Of a stretch of 54,471 nucleotides of DNA, positions 19,872-30,268 are shown piece after piece. Source of the stretch: a virus. Lineage: Duplodnaviria; Caudoviricetes. The notes under the pieces are model-generated. The model saw only the letters and a program-made list of their open reading frames with translations. It did no database searches and was not told the origin of the DNA. A program made the position numbers and the translations under genes. Numbering within the stretch: position 1 is the stretch's first letter; the number at the start of each line of letters is the position of its first letter. Location of the stretch: positions 1 to 54,471 of IMG/VR virus record IMGVR_UViG_3300029319_007471; one strand, 5' to 3'.

Positions 19872-21078
19872 TTATAATTAAATCCTTTTCGTAACTCTTT
19901 AACGAATTAATAGTAAATGAAAATATATCATAATTCATCTTACCTATTTCTCCGCTATCATTTAAAATAGCCGATAATGAATGAATAATTTGCCAATGTT
20001 TATCGGTAAATTTATTACAATCAAATTCTACAATTATACTGTCTTTTTTATGATAATCATAGTGAGGTTTATCCCAATTAAATTTTACTTTTTCTGATAA
20101 ATCATATGATGTATTTGGTTGTTCGTGCCTAATATATGCATCTTTAATTCCTGAGTAGTCGACGACTACTTTTGAACACCACGGCTCTAAGTTAAATAAT
20201 AATTCATAAGTTGTATTATTTAGAATAAAAGTAATATCGTATTTTGGAGTTATAATTGGCATCATATATCTATCGTGATTAACTAAACTACCCCATTTTC
20301 TGAAAAATTCTCTGGTCGAAGCATCCATCATTTTTCTCCACTCCTTAGATTTTTGACTATGGTCTTGAGTTAGTTTTCCGTGTTGAAATTGACCTGCTCT
20401 AGCCGTTAAATGATAAACATAACTCTCCCAAGATTGAACCAAATCATAACCAGCCAAAACACATCTATTGAAAACATCAGAATCTTCTCTACACGAATGA
20501 AATTTTAAATCATGACCCCCTATTGCGACAAAATCTGTTTTATACATCATCCACGGTGCAAAACAACCATTAGTTGTCATATCTTTATTTTCAACTTTTG
20601 ATTTTTCAACAAACTCATCAAACTCTTTTTCTTTCCAACCATCCTCAACATCCTCCTCAGGCCATAATCCAAAATCTTTAATTATTTTTTCAGGACCAGA
20701 TGGGTGTAAAGGTGGTTCAATTCGGGTAGAACAAACAACTTTATTTTTATCTAAATGTTTAAAAGCTTCTAAATCAGCGTTTTTACCTAACATCATATCC
20801 GCGTGAAATATCATAAAAATATCAGTTTTTGAATTTTTAATACAATGGTCATAAGCCCGTCCTATTCCGTAAAGTTTGCCTGTATTATTAACTTCAAAAT
20901 TTATGTTATATTTTTCTTTTACAGAATTCAACCATTCAACAGTGCCATCCTTATCCTCATCCACAAAAACTATTATATCGTGGTCATCCCTAAAACTATT
21001 TTTTCTAATAGACGGTATACAAGCTTCAAGATATCTTTTGTTATTTTTGCTTGGTATACAAAACGTTATTTTTTCCAT
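19846..21078 (-). CDS. Glycosyltransferase family 2
   Basis: ITFCIPS, DGTVEWL, IFHADM, GGHD...EDSD...VYH. Confidence 0.8.
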   Translation of the reverse strand: MEKITFCIPSKNNKRYLEACIPSIRKNSFRDDHDIIVFVDEDKDGTVEWLNSVKEKYNINFEVNNTGKLYGIGRAYDHCIKNSKTDIFMIFHADMMLGKNADLEAFKHLDKNKVVCSTRIEPPLHPSGPEKIIKDFGLWPEEDVEDGWKEKEFDEFVEKSKVENKDMTTNGCFAPWMMYKTDFVAIGGHDLKFHSCREDSDVFNRCVLAGYDLVQSWESYVYHLTARAGQFQHGKLTQDHSQKSKEWRKMMDASTREFFRKWGSLVNHDRYMMPIITPKYDITFILNNTTYELLFNLEPWCSKVVVDYSGIKDAYIRHEQPNTSYDLSEKVKFNWDKPHYDYHKKDSIIVEFDCNKFTDKHWQIIHSLSAILNDSGEIGKMNYDIFSFTINSLKSYEKDLIINENSEFTD

Positions 21079-21079
21079 T

Positions 21080-22237
21080 CTAACCTCTTTTAATTATTTC
21101 AACTACCCTCTCACAATCATATGAATTCATTTTCAAATGAATAGGTAATGTTATTAATTGTTCATTGTATTTATGAGCTTTAGGACACGTACCTTTAGCA
21201 TAATCATACATAGGATAATTTGTATTATCAATGTAATGAACACCTGGATAAATCTCATTATCAGTTAGCTCATTAATCAATTCATCTCTTTTTCCATTTG
21301 TAATCAATCCCTGATACAAATGCTGTGCGGATTGATATGTGTGATGAGAAATCGTAATCGGTTTAAACCAATCAACGTCCTTTAGTAGCTCACTATAAAG
21401 GGTAGCTATTTCTCTTCTTTTTTTATTGTCCTCATTTAAATATTTTAACTGAACTAGACCAATAGATGCCATTATAGAATTTCCGTGATATTTAAAACCT
21501 ACATTTGGGACATCGTATTTCCATTTGTATTTTCCGTCATCGGAAGTTCTACTGAATGTATCCTTATCTATACCCAACCAACTTAATTGTCTTACTAACT
21601 TATCACACTCTTTATCTTTAAAACAAATCATACCTGAATCAGCAGTTGGTAAATTCTTAACCGCTTGAAAACTAAAAACTGAAACATCAGCTTCCCAACC
21701 AACATGCGGTGTAGTATAACCAGCACCATCAAAAATATTCTTCGTTTTTGTACCGGCCATATGAGCGGCGTCTAATATCAATTTTAAATTATTTTCTTTA
21801 CAGATTCTACTAACCGCTCTTAATCTACCAGCATTACCACCCATACCTACAAACATAACAGCTTTAGTTTTAGATGTAATTCTTTTTTCTATTGATTTTG
21901 GACTTAAACAAAGATACTCATCAACATCTGCAAAAACTGGTTTCAGTTTTTCATATAAGATAGCGTGATTGGTAGAAACAAATGTTAATGGTGTTGTTAT
22001 TACTTCATCACCATCTTTCCAACCATACATTTTTTTAAAAGTGTGTAAGGCTAAATGCAATCCTACGGTGTTTGATTGTAGAAAGTGAGCGTTTTGTAAA
22101 GAAGTAAACTCTTTCCACTTTTCTTCAAATTCAATTGTTTTGAAACCCATTCCGCTCCATCCTTTATCAAGACAAATTTTTATTTCATCTAAAATTTCAT
22201 CTGTTCTAAATTTTGGAACAAAAACATTTATACTCAT
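21080..22237 (-). CDS. DegT/DnrJ/EryC1/StrS PLP sugar aminotransferase
   Basis: GDEVITTPLTFVST, PVFADVD, DAAH, FSFQAVKNL, LITLPIH. Confidence 0.93.
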   Translation of the reverse strand: MSINVFVPKFRTDEILDEIKICLDKGWSGMGFKTIEFEEKWKEFTSLQNAHFLQSNTVGLHLALHTFKKMYGWKDGDEVITTPLTFVSTNHAILYEKLKPVFADVDEYLCLSPKSIEKRITSKTKAVMFVGMGGNAGRLRAVSRICKENNLKLILDAAHMAGTKTKNIFDGAGYTTPHVGWEADVSVFSFQAVKNLPTADSGMICFKDKECDKLVRQLSWLGIDKDTFSRTSDDGKYKWKYDVPNVGFKYHGNSIMASIGLVQLKYLNEDNKKRREIATLYSELLKDVDWFKPITISHHTYQSAQHLYQGLITNGKRDELINELTDNEIYPGVHYIDNTNYPMYDYAKGTCPKAHKYNEQLITLPIHLKMNSYDCERVVEIIKRG

Positions 22238-23037
22238 CCTATGACAGAATCCTTTCCTAATTGTTCAAATGGTGGTTCCTCATAATCTAGTCTAGATTGT
22301 CCAGCCCCACACTCAATCATATATTTTGAAAACCTATAATGATTTGATAAATACTTCATACCTTCATATCCAAATACCTTTGAAAATTTATATCCATTCA
22401 AATATTCGGATGTATTCCCATGCGGGTCTCTCGAATCATTACCATCAGGCATTTTGATTAGTGGTTTATCTACATAATCAAAACTACCTATCTCTCTAAT
22501 GTAACTAGCTTTGGAAGTTAAGAAACTACCTCTCATTGACCAACAAACTAATTTATCGTTAAATATATGTTGATTTTCTGGCCTAACATAATCTACCCAC
22601 CTATCATTAGTTTTTAACCAATAAGATAGTCTAGCCTCTTCTAAAGGATTAATCTCCCACGGATAGTTCCAACCATTACCAATAACTTTTGATTTTGGAT
22701 TATTATCAAAATGATTTATACATAATGGAATAAATGACCAATCATGCACAATCATATCATCTTGAATATAAAAAATATAAGTATCATCATCCAGATTCAT
22801 ATCCGTAAACGCTTTGTGATAAGCACCCCACTCTAAACCAATATTTTCATATTGTTGGTATTCAAAATTATCAGTTATAATTTTTGGTGGTGTTTTGTGA
22901 CACGTCCAAAATACATCAATATTTTTATTCTCTGTATTTAATTCAATTAATTGGTTAATAAAATCCGTTTGATTTTCTTTACTATCAAATTTATCATACC
23001 ACCAACCACAGACTATAAATTGAATTTTTTTATCCAT
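22234..23037 (-). CDS. Putative GT-A fold glycosyltransferase
   Basis: ENIGLEWGAY, IFYIQDDM (DxD-like); start moved to 23037. Confidence 0.5.
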   Translation of the reverse strand: MDKKIQFIVCGWWYDKFDSKENQTDFINQLIELNTENKNIDVFWTCHKTPPKIITDNFEYQQYENIGLEWGAYHKAFTDMNLDDDTYIFYIQDDMIVHDWSFIPLCINHFDNNPKSKVIGNGWNYPWEINPLEEARLSYWLKTNDRWVDYVRPENQHIFNDKLVCWSMRGSFLTSKASYIREIGSFDYVDKPLIKMPDGNDSRDPHGNTSEYLNGYKFSKVFGYEGMKYLSNHYRFSKYMIECGAGQSRLDYEEPPFEQLGKDSVIG

Positions 23038-23998
23038 TACGATTCTCCAATCTTTTAATATCGCTTGATACCATTTTATTAACCATTTGGTCAAACGATG
23101 TTTTTGGTTTCCAACCTAAGACTTCTCTAGCCTTTGTGGAATCACCTCTTAATACATCGACCTCAGCAGGTCTCATATACCTTTCATCCTCTCCAACATA
23201 ACCACTCCAATCAATTATCCCTATATGTTTGAATGCTCTATCCAAAAATTCTCTAATTGAATGTGCTTTACCTGTGGCTATAACATAATCATCTGGTTTA
23301 TTTTGTTGTAACATCAACCACATTGATTCAACATAGTCGGGCGCATATCCCCAATCCCTTTTGGAATCTAAATTTCCTAAAATTATTTTATCCTGCAATC
23401 CACAATATATTTTAGCGACTCCATCAGATATCTTTCTGGTAACAAACTCAATACCTCTTCTTTCAGATTCGTGATTAAATAATATACCACTCACATTGAA
23501 CATATCATAAGACTCTCTGTAATTTTTTGTAATCCAATGTCCGTATAATTTAGCCACCCCATATGGTGAGCGTGGGTAAAAAGGTGTTGTTTCTTTTGCA
23601 GGATTTTCAACCATTCTACCAAACATTTCAGAAGTTGAAGCTTGATAAAATTTAATCTCTTTACCGTATTCTCTGATAGCCTCCAACATTCTTAATGTTC
23701 CTAGTCCAGTAACGTCACCTGTTTGTTCTGGTGTATTCCAACTCTCTCCTACAAATGATTGAGCAGCTAAATGATATATCTCATCTGGTTTAGATTCTTT
23801 TATCACTCTTAATAATGAGTTTTGGTCAGTTAAATCACCATTTAAAAAAGTTATTTTGTTTTCTAAATGTTTGCTGTTTAATCTATTTGGATAAGATGTT
23901 CTTCTTTCCATACCATAAACAGTATAGCCTTTTTTTAATAAAAAATCAGCTAAGTGACTTCCGTCCATCCCATTTACACCTGTTATTAATGCTCTCAT
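23030..23998 (-). CDS. gmd: GDP-mannose 4,6-dehydratase
   Basis: ALITGVNGMDGSHLA, YHLAAQSFV, FYQASTSEMFG, PRSPYGVAK, GILFNHES, LGNLDSKRDWG. Confidence 0.95.
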   Translation of the reverse strand: MRALITGVNGMDGSHLADFLLKKGYTVYGMERRTSYPNRLNSKHLENKITFLNGDLTDQNSLLRVIKESKPDEIYHLAAQSFVGESWNTPEQTGDVTGLGTLRMLEAIREYGKEIKFYQASTSEMFGRMVENPAKETTPFYPRSPYGVAKLYGHWITKNYRESYDMFNVSGILFNHESERRGIEFVTRKISDGVAKIYCGLQDKIILGNLDSKRDWGYAPDYVESMWLMLQQNKPDDYVIATGKAHSIREFLDRAFKHIGIIDWSGYVGEDERYMRPAEVDVLRGDSTKAREVLGWKPKTSFDQMVNKMVSSDIKRLENRNG

Positions 23999-24006
23999 TT
24001 TATCTC

Positions 24007-24942
24007 CTAAATTCTGAAAAGAAAAGTGTCATCTTTTTTTTCGTTTAATATTTTTGTCTGATTTATTCTATTGGGTGAACCATCAACAATCGGTAATGGT
24101 ATAACCATATCATTTTCATCATTATCAGGCAGCCTACCATATTTTTGTACAAAAGCGTTAGTGCTATTTATTTCAAATTGTTCTAAATGTTTAGGTCGAT
24201 GATTTAGATTATCATCAGGAAATCTGCTACTACGTGATGCAAAATGCCACATCAATGATTTTGTTGTTAGTGAAAATTCAAAACCCTCATTCATCATTCT
24301 TATATATAAATCTTTATCTTCCCAATACATTGGCGCAAACCTATCATCATTACCACCAATATAATCCCAATCCTCTTTTAAAATAAATCCACTTACACCC
24401 TCAGCTTTTCTGTATTCATAATCATTATTGGATGAAAACTCATCACACCAATCTAAAAAATATTTTTCATTAAAATCGTGATGATAAGCTCCAAACTCCT
24501 CTAAAGGTACAAAGGTGGTTCCTACACGTGGACTATCATTAAAAATATTAGGTTGTATTCTGTAACTAAACGTATGCCACTTTTTATCAGGTTGTTTTTT
24601 CTTATTGTTTTCATAACATCTTTCCAACTCTACATCCCAATTCCTAGCCACATATGTATCGGCTTGTAAAAAATTAATATACTTTGTTTTTACTTTACTG
24701 GCACAAAAATTCATCCCGCCACCTATACCTCTTCTAACCATATTGGTTGGTTCGATATAAACTTCCAAATTCCACTTATCTTTATTTTCATTCAACCACT
24801 CGTTTGTTCCGTCATCACAATTTTCGGCGTAAACAACAAATGGTGAATCTTTGTAATAAGAATTTTCTCTTACAGATTTTATAGCCAAAGGTAAATAATT
24901 TACGTTATTATAAACTGATACACAAAATGTCATTTCACTCAT
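24007..24942 (-). CDS. Glycosyltransferase family 2
   Basis: DDGTNEWL, FLQAD, IGGNDDRF...WEDKD; paralogous to 19846-21078. Confidence 0.8.
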   Translation of the reverse strand: MSEMTFCVSVYNNVNYLPLAIKSVRENSYYKDSPFVVYAENCDDGTNEWLNENKDKWNLEVYIEPTNMVRRGIGGGMNFCASKVKTKYINFLQADTYVARNWDVELERCYENNKKKQPDKKWHTFSYRIQPNIFNDSPRVGTTFVPLEEFGAYHHDFNEKYFLDWCDEFSSNNDYEYRKAEGVSGFILKEDWDYIGGNDDRFAPMYWEDKDLYIRMMNEGFEFSLTTKSLMWHFASRSSRFPDDNLNHRPKHLEQFEINSTNAFVQKYGRLPDNDENDMVIPLPIVDGSPNRINQTKILNEKKDDTFLFRI

Positions 24943-25727
24943 AAAGTAACCCTTTCAATTGACTCATGCGCTGGATTTGTTTCAGATATTATTTTAAAAT
25001 CAATATTTTTAGACATTAACCATTCATTCAAAAACTTCGTGCTTTTAATTACTGTTTCTGCCTCATGCTTATTTGTTGGTGTTGGTGCATAAACAATATT
25101 AGATTTACCCTCATAAGAATGTTTTTGAAAACTATCATCATAGGGGTCATCTTTGAAAGAATTCATATCAGCTATATCCCAACCTAAAGTTGTTATAGAC
25201 TTAACGCCTAAATGTTCTGCCAAGTGGATAGCGGTTTGAAACATTATGCCCGGCCCATACCAACGAGTTAAAGTTTTATCCAAAGTATATTTATCCCAAC
25301 TATTCTCTCCACATTGTGATTTTAAGTTTTTCTCAATGGTATCAGGTATTCTATTACCATCTATAGGTAACATAATGTCACATCTAATATTATTATCTAA
25401 AATCATTTTAGGATGAAAGTGTTCATATACTTCCCAAACAACAATTGTGTTAGATGAGTAATTTTCATAAGGTTCGTAATTAGCAAAATTGAGCACGTGG
25501 AAATCAGTAACATCCATAAAGTTTTTTATTGATTGTTTTAAAGATATGATGATTTTGTCTTTTAGTTTTTCCTTAACGTAATTTACATCGTAATTATTTA
25601 GGGACGGGCCAGCGGCTAGAATAAAACAATCCTCTGTATCATAATAGTCCTTTAGGCATTCAACCCTATCAGGTATATCTTCAAACTTTTTTATTTTAGA
25701 TAATAATGTTTTATTTTTTTCTATCAT
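24939..25727 (-). CDS. Maf / DUF115-like putative CMP-sugar transferase
   Basis: CFILAAGPSL, AIHLAEHLGVKSITTLGWD, H-x-Y; adjacent to kdsB. Confidence 0.65.
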   Translation of the reverse strand: MIEKNKTLLSKIKKFEDIPDRVECLKDYYDTEDCFILAAGPSLNNYDVNYVKEKLKDKIIISLKQSIKNFMDVTDFHVLNFANYEPYENYSSNTIVVWEVYEHFHPKMILDNNIRCDIMLPIDGNRIPDTIEKNLKSQCGENSWDKYTLDKTLTRWYGPGIMFQTAIHLAEHLGVKSITTLGWDIADMNSFKDDPYDDSFQKHSYEGKSNIVYAPTPTNKHEAETVIKSTKFLNEWLMSKNIDFKIISETNPAHESIERVTL

Positions 25728-26518
25728 TATCTGATACCACTTTTTCTTTTATCTGTAATTTGAGAATAAATTTGTTGTTTTCTGAATATCTTTTCAACCT
25801 CTGATACATCCTCTGGAAAATCAACGGCTAAAGTTCCACCTTCAACTCTAACCATCTTTACTCGCTTACCCATCTCTAAAAATCTGATAATCTCTATATC
25901 CTCAGATAACTCTGCTGGTGTCTTACCACTATCCTTACCTCTCTCAAAATAAGTTTTTAATTCATCTTTATTAAAAGCGTATACACAAACCTGCTTGAAT
26001 GCGCTTTTCACAATACCATTTTTACTTGATGGTATAGCGTTTCTAGACACATACATTAATTCATCATTGAGATTAGTGGCTACTTTACAGGTTTTCAAAT
26101 CATTTGGGTCTTCGGATGATGTTAACTTAGCCATACAGGTAACGACTGAATTACTATTCTTAATTTTTTCCTTAACAACTTGCACAATATCATTAGGATT
26201 TAAAAGAGCTTCATCACCTTGCACATTAACAAATATATCAGCATCGATTTGTAACGATGCTTCAGCAACTCTATCGGTGCCTGTTAAACAATCTTCAGAG
26301 GTTCTTACAACATTATAATTATATTCTTTTACTTTATCCTCTATCCTATCATCATCGGTAGCAACAAAAACATTTTCTTTTCCAACCGCTTTACTTGATA
26401 AGTCAGCTACCCTAACAACCATAGGTTTACCCAATATATCAACCAAAGGTTTACCTGGAAATCTGGTCGATTTATATCGTGATGGAATAATTACTACAAC
26501 TTTTTTATTAAATTTCAT
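25727..26518 (-). CDS. kdsB: 3-deoxy-manno-octulosonate cytidylyltransferase
   Basis: IIPSRYKSTRFPGKPL, VATDD, TGTDRVAE, VNVQGDE, YVSRNAIP, EDIEIIRFLE, AVDFPED; start placed after a GGAGA RBS. Confidence 0.9.
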   Translation of the reverse strand: MKFNKKVVVIIPSRYKSTRFPGKPLVDILGKPMVVRVADLSSKAVGKENVFVATDDDRIEDKVKEYNYNVVRTSEDCLTGTDRVAEASLQIDADIFVNVQGDEALLNPNDIVQVVKEKIKNSNSVVTCMAKLTSSEDPNDLKTCKVATNLNDELMYVSRNAIPSSKNGIVKSAFKQVCVYAFNKDELKTYFERGKDSGKTPAELSEDIEIIRFLEMGKRVKMVRVEGGTLAVDFPEDVSEVEKIFRKQQIYSQITDKRKSGIR

Positions 26519-26520
26519 CT

Positions 26521-27261
26521 TTATCTCCATTTAGTAATTTCGTGAAAACTATCATACAAAACTTTGGTGTCCACACCATAGGTCAAAAAGTTCACTCCAA
26601 TACTTTGAAACTTTTTTAATTCATTTTTGTTATGAAAAAGACATCCGACACTCTTTTTTGAATCCCTTATTATTTTAGTAGTTTTTTCTAAAATATTAAA
26701 CACATCCTTATGATTGGTTGATTTTCCTAAAGTTTGTGCTATGTCATACGTGCCCACATAAACTAAATCAATAAACTCATTATCAACGATACTCTCAACG
26801 TTTCTTAAACCCTTTATATCTTCAATAATAATACCAACTATACTTTCTTGATTAATAACATCGGTAGATTTTTCATCTTTCATTTTTCCAAAATCTCCAC
26901 CACGAATGTAAGGTGAAAATCCTCTATCACCTAAAGGATGATATTTAGCCGCTTTAATAATTTTTTCAACATCTCCCATCTGTTTGACGTGAGGGACTAT
27001 TATACCGTTACAACCCGTATCTAAAGATGTGGATATTAAGTAATCTAAATTTTTAGGAACCCTAATCAAACCATTACACCAATTTGTTTGTGCAGCTGTA
27101 ACCATTTGTTGTGCTGTTTTTAAATCAATCGCTCCGTGCTCCATATCAACAATAACGAAGTCCAAACCAGCTTTGGTCAGTAAATCAACAACCTCAGGTG
27201 ATGGTAATATACACCAGGTTCCTATAACTTCCTTTTGTTCTTTTAATAATAACTTAAGCAT
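26521..27261 (-). CDS. HpcH/HpaI class II pyruvate aldolase
   Basis: GLDFVIVDMEHG, LDTGCNGIIVPHV, YHPLGDRG, IIE, YVGTYD. Confidence 0.9.
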   Translation of the reverse strand: MLKLLLKEQKEVIGTWCILPSPEVVDLLTKAGLDFVIVDMEHGAIDLKTAQQMVTAAQTNWCNGLIRVPKNLDYLISTSLDTGCNGIIVPHVKQMGDVEKIIKAAKYHPLGDRGFSPYIRGGDFGKMKDEKSTDVINQESIVGIIIEDIKGLRNVESIVDNEFIDLVYVGTYDIAQTLGKSTNHKDVFNILEKTTKIIRDSKKSVGCLFHNKNELKKFQSIGVNFLTYGVDTKVLYDSFHEITKWR

Positions 27262-27637
27262 CCATAACCTCTAAAAATTTCAAAGTATTTTTTTGAGACA
27301 ACACATCACCAAAACCTAAAACTTTATCATCGATATAATAATCCGCCATTATTTTTGGACTATAACCTGATAACTTCTTTTGGTTGGGTAGATTTTCATT
27401 AACAGCATCAAATTCTAAACCTCTTTCCTTACACCATTCGACTGCTTCGGTTAGAACAGGATATTCCTCGTTATCACCCCTATTTGTCCAAAGTATTAAC
27501 TTATGTCCTTCATCTCTTAATTTAATTAATGTTTTCAATAGTTTTTTATGATTTTCTGTTTGTTTTCCTATTTTTGGAAAATCAAACTCACATAACGTAC
27601 CATCAAAATCAACTGCGAATGTAAGTTTTTCCTGCAT
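27254..27637 (-). CDS. Small HAD-family phosphatase
   Basis: AVDFDGTL, LILWTNR, ADYYIDDK; start placed after AGGAGAAGG. Confidence 0.85.
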   Translation of the reverse strand: MQEKLTFAVDFDGTLCEFDFPKIGKQTENHKKLLKTLIKLRDEGHKLILWTNRGDNEEYPVLTEAVEWCKERGLEFDAVNENLPNQKKLSGYSPKIMADYYIDDKVLGFGDVLSQKNTLKFLEVMDA

Positions 27638-28733
27638 AACCTTCTCCTTTATTGATATTACTATCAACAAGATTCTTTCCTATTAAATAAGCCTGTTTTA
27701 TATTATCATAATCTTTATAAAAATTATCATCGTCATAGGAATAATTTGTTTTTATCCTATCATAAATTAGATTTCTAGCAAATGTACCCACCGCAACTCC
27801 CTGAAATCTTACATCACCTTGCACTGCTAAATCGGCTGTTAACGTATTGGTTCCGCCTGATAATACGACGTTTAATTTTTTTCTTCTCGTATATTGTAAT
27901 TGTTTAGTTTTTTTATTTAACCTCATATTGAAATTTTTATTTACCACATCCGCAGTAGCAACTGCCTGTAATGTAGTATTGAAATCATCTTGTCCGCCAC
28001 TCATAGGATACCCATCGGCTTGTAAAATCATTAAACCAGGCTTTGTCATCTCTAAAGCTTTTTCTATTCTATTTTTTAACTCAAAATTACCAATATGTAA
28101 CCTATCTAAACACATACTATTGTGACCATCAGGATTTGATTTAATAACGGTTTCCCACTCTTTCATTATTACATCCGTTTCGGCGACAGCCGCGTGTAAC
28201 TCAATGTTTTCTGCTCCTAACTCTATACAATGAGGTAAAAGTTCCTCTAACAATTTATCATTGTGACTATAAGTTATACAATCCATAATCGGACAAACAG
28301 CGCTACAAGCACCACAACCAATACATTTTTCCTCTATTACAAACGCTGTTTCAACTTTTATTTCGATAGGTTCAATAGCTACAGTCGGACATACCGGCGC
28401 CACACATAGACCACATTTAATACATAAATCTTCGTGAATATATGCTTTTCTAACGTGGTGGTCGCCAGGCATACCAACGCTAATCATTATAAAAGGTTTG
28501 ATTCCAATATCTATGTTTAATTTATGAGCTATCTCATAAGCCCTATTAATACCATCAACAGCAGCTAAGACAACGGATGGTGTTGTTGATATGTCCAATC
28601 CTTTTGCACCTGCTAAGGTATAAATCATAGCTAGTCTTCTAACCTCTTCAGTATCCTCATTCCCAGCACCACATATCATTTTAAAATATTGTCCTGTATC
28701 CAAAAGGTTTTGTAATTCTAATGTTCTATCCAT
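27609..28733 (-). CDS. LdpA-like 2x[4Fe-4S] protein
   Basis: FKMICGA, YTLAGA, HHVRKA, CIKCGLC...CP, CIGCGACSAVCP, IELH, QADGYPMSG, LSGGTN, GVAVGTFAR: the motif order recalled for cyanobacterial LdpA. Confidence 0.8.
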   Translation of the reverse strand: MDRTLELQNLLDTGQYFKMICGAGNEDTEEVRRLAMIYTLAGAKGLDISTTPSVVLAAVDGINRAYEIAHKLNIDIGIKPFIMISVGMPGDHHVRKAYIHEDLCIKCGLCVAPVCPTVAIEPIEIKVETAFVIEEKCIGCGACSAVCPIMDCITYSHNDKLLEELLPHCIELGAENIELHAAVAETDVIMKEWETVIKSNPDGHNSMCLDRLHIGNFELKNRIEKALEMTKPGLMILQADGYPMSGGQDDFNTTLQAVATADVVNKNFNMRLNKKTKQLQYTRRKKLNVVLSGGTNTLTADLAVQGDVRFQGVAVGTFARNLIYDRIKTNYSYDDDNFYKDYDNIKQAYLIGKNLVDSNINKGEGYAGKTYIRS

Positions 28734-29515
28734 TATACTCTTTCATCTAATAAGCTAGCTCTGTTTAAATATGAATTACCAATGTTCATATAGTAAGATG
28801 ATTTTGACCTCAACCAAAGTGATTCAAAGGTTATAGCATTTTTAATAGCCTCAGATAAATTATTGATATTATTATCATCTAATTCAAACACCACATTTCT
28901 AGTTTCTATCTTATCTAATAAGTTTTGTTTGTATAATTTTCTCACAAAATCAACACTATCAACCGATATGCTACCACCCATAATCGTATTTAATTTATAC
29001 TCTTTTGCCTGTTCAAATACATCCCTAACAATGTTAAATATCTCATCATCATTTACATTACTTTTTGTTAGTCCAAATGATTTACATAAATCAGAGCGAC
29101 CTAATACTATCCCATTAAGATACCTACAATAATTCGAACTAATTATATCAGTTATATTGTCGTATGCTGTTTTACTTTCTATATTAACATAGCATTTAAT
29201 TTTTTGTCTAAGTTGTGGTGTTAAGTTGTCATCTAATGAAGTAATAAACTTCTCTAATGCAAAAGGTGATTCAACCATAGGAGCGACCATACCATCAACA
29301 TTTAAGACTAAACAATTGTTAATATCACTAATAGCTTCACATCCACCTATTTTCATATTAAGGAAAATATCTGTGCTCAAACAAAGTTGTCTAAGCTTTA
29401 TTAACTCTTCAAATTTAACACCTTCATCTTCAAAAGATGATTTTATTCCAACGACATTGTAATCGGACTTTAAACTTTTTAGTGTATTCAATAATTCTTT
29501 ATGATTGTAAATCAT
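28733..29515 (-). CDS. HpcH/HpaI aldolase / citrate-lyase family protein
   Basis: KSSFEDEG, KIGGCEA, VAPMVES, NIES, VLGRSDL, MGGSI, ETRNV. Confidence 0.75.
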   Translation of the reverse strand: MIYNHKELLNTLKSLKSDYNVVGIKSSFEDEGVKFEELIKLRQLCLSTDIFLNMKIGGCEAISDINNCLVLNVDGMVAPMVESPFALEKFITSLDDNLTPQLRQKIKCYVNIESKTAYDNITDIISSNYCRYLNGIVLGRSDLCKSFGLTKSNVNDDEIFNIVRDVFEQAKEYKLNTIMGGSISVDSVDFVRKLYKQNLLDKIETRNVVFELDDNNINNLSEAIKNAITFESLWLRSKSSYYMNIGNSYLNRASLLDERV

Positions 29516-29566
29516 TTAAAACCTTTCTATATAATAATATATCAGTATAAAGTTCGAAAAATCAAT

Positions 29567-30268
29567 TTATTTTCGTTCAAATTCATATTCAAAAAAGTTG
29601 ATATCTTTCTTAAACATCTTAGCAATAAATTCTTGGCTTTCATCATCATAATAATCTGAATAATGTTTATGAGACGATTTGTTGGCTGATGGTAATTGTG
29701 GGATTGGTTTTAGATTCAACTCACTAAACATATTATTCCAATCCTCATTCAAATTTTCAAATCTTAAAATTTTATTTACCAATAGATTACCTTTTAAATC
29801 ACAAACAACATCAAGTTGATTTATAAATTCAATATTAGCTCTAAGAAAGTTAACGTTAAATTTAGTTTCTTTTAAAAAAGCGCCACTAGCCATCTCAAAG
29901 TAAATTTCATTGGAATCAACATTTTTTATACCAGGATCCATTATCCATCTTTTAAAACCCCAAACTTTACCGTCTGGCCCAAACGATTTATCAACTCCTA
30001 AATTATTCATATATAAATCTTTTTGTTGTTTTCTGAAGTGATATAAAGAAACCATTCTGTCCCACGGATTTCTGACCACCGTAAATTTAGTGTAAGAGTT
30101 AAAAATTCTTGGGTCTGTGTATTTTTGTATATCTATTGCAAGATTTGTGGTTTTTTTAAAGACCTTTGGGTGATATTTGGTATCTAAACCTAAAATTCTT
30201 CTAACGCTAACACCCGCATTTTTAGGTATGTGAAAGAAAATTAGCGGATATTTGAGACTTTCATTCAT
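29567..30268 (-). CDS. Sulfotransferase family 2
   Basis: PAPS-binding motifs FFHIPKNAGVSV and FTVVRNPWDRMVSLY; RFENL, YSDYYD. Confidence 0.9.
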   Translation of the reverse strand: MNESLKYPLIFFHIPKNAGVSVRRILGLDTKYHPKVFKKTTNLAIDIQKYTDPRIFNSYTKFTVVRNPWDRMVSLYHFRKQQKDLYMNNLGVDKSFGPDGKVWGFKRWIMDPGIKNVDSNEIYFEMASGAFLKETKFNVNFLRANIEFINQLDVVCDLKGNLLVNKILRFENLNEDWNNMFSELNLKPIPQLPSANKSSHKHYSDYYDDESQEFIAKMFKKDINFFEYEFERK

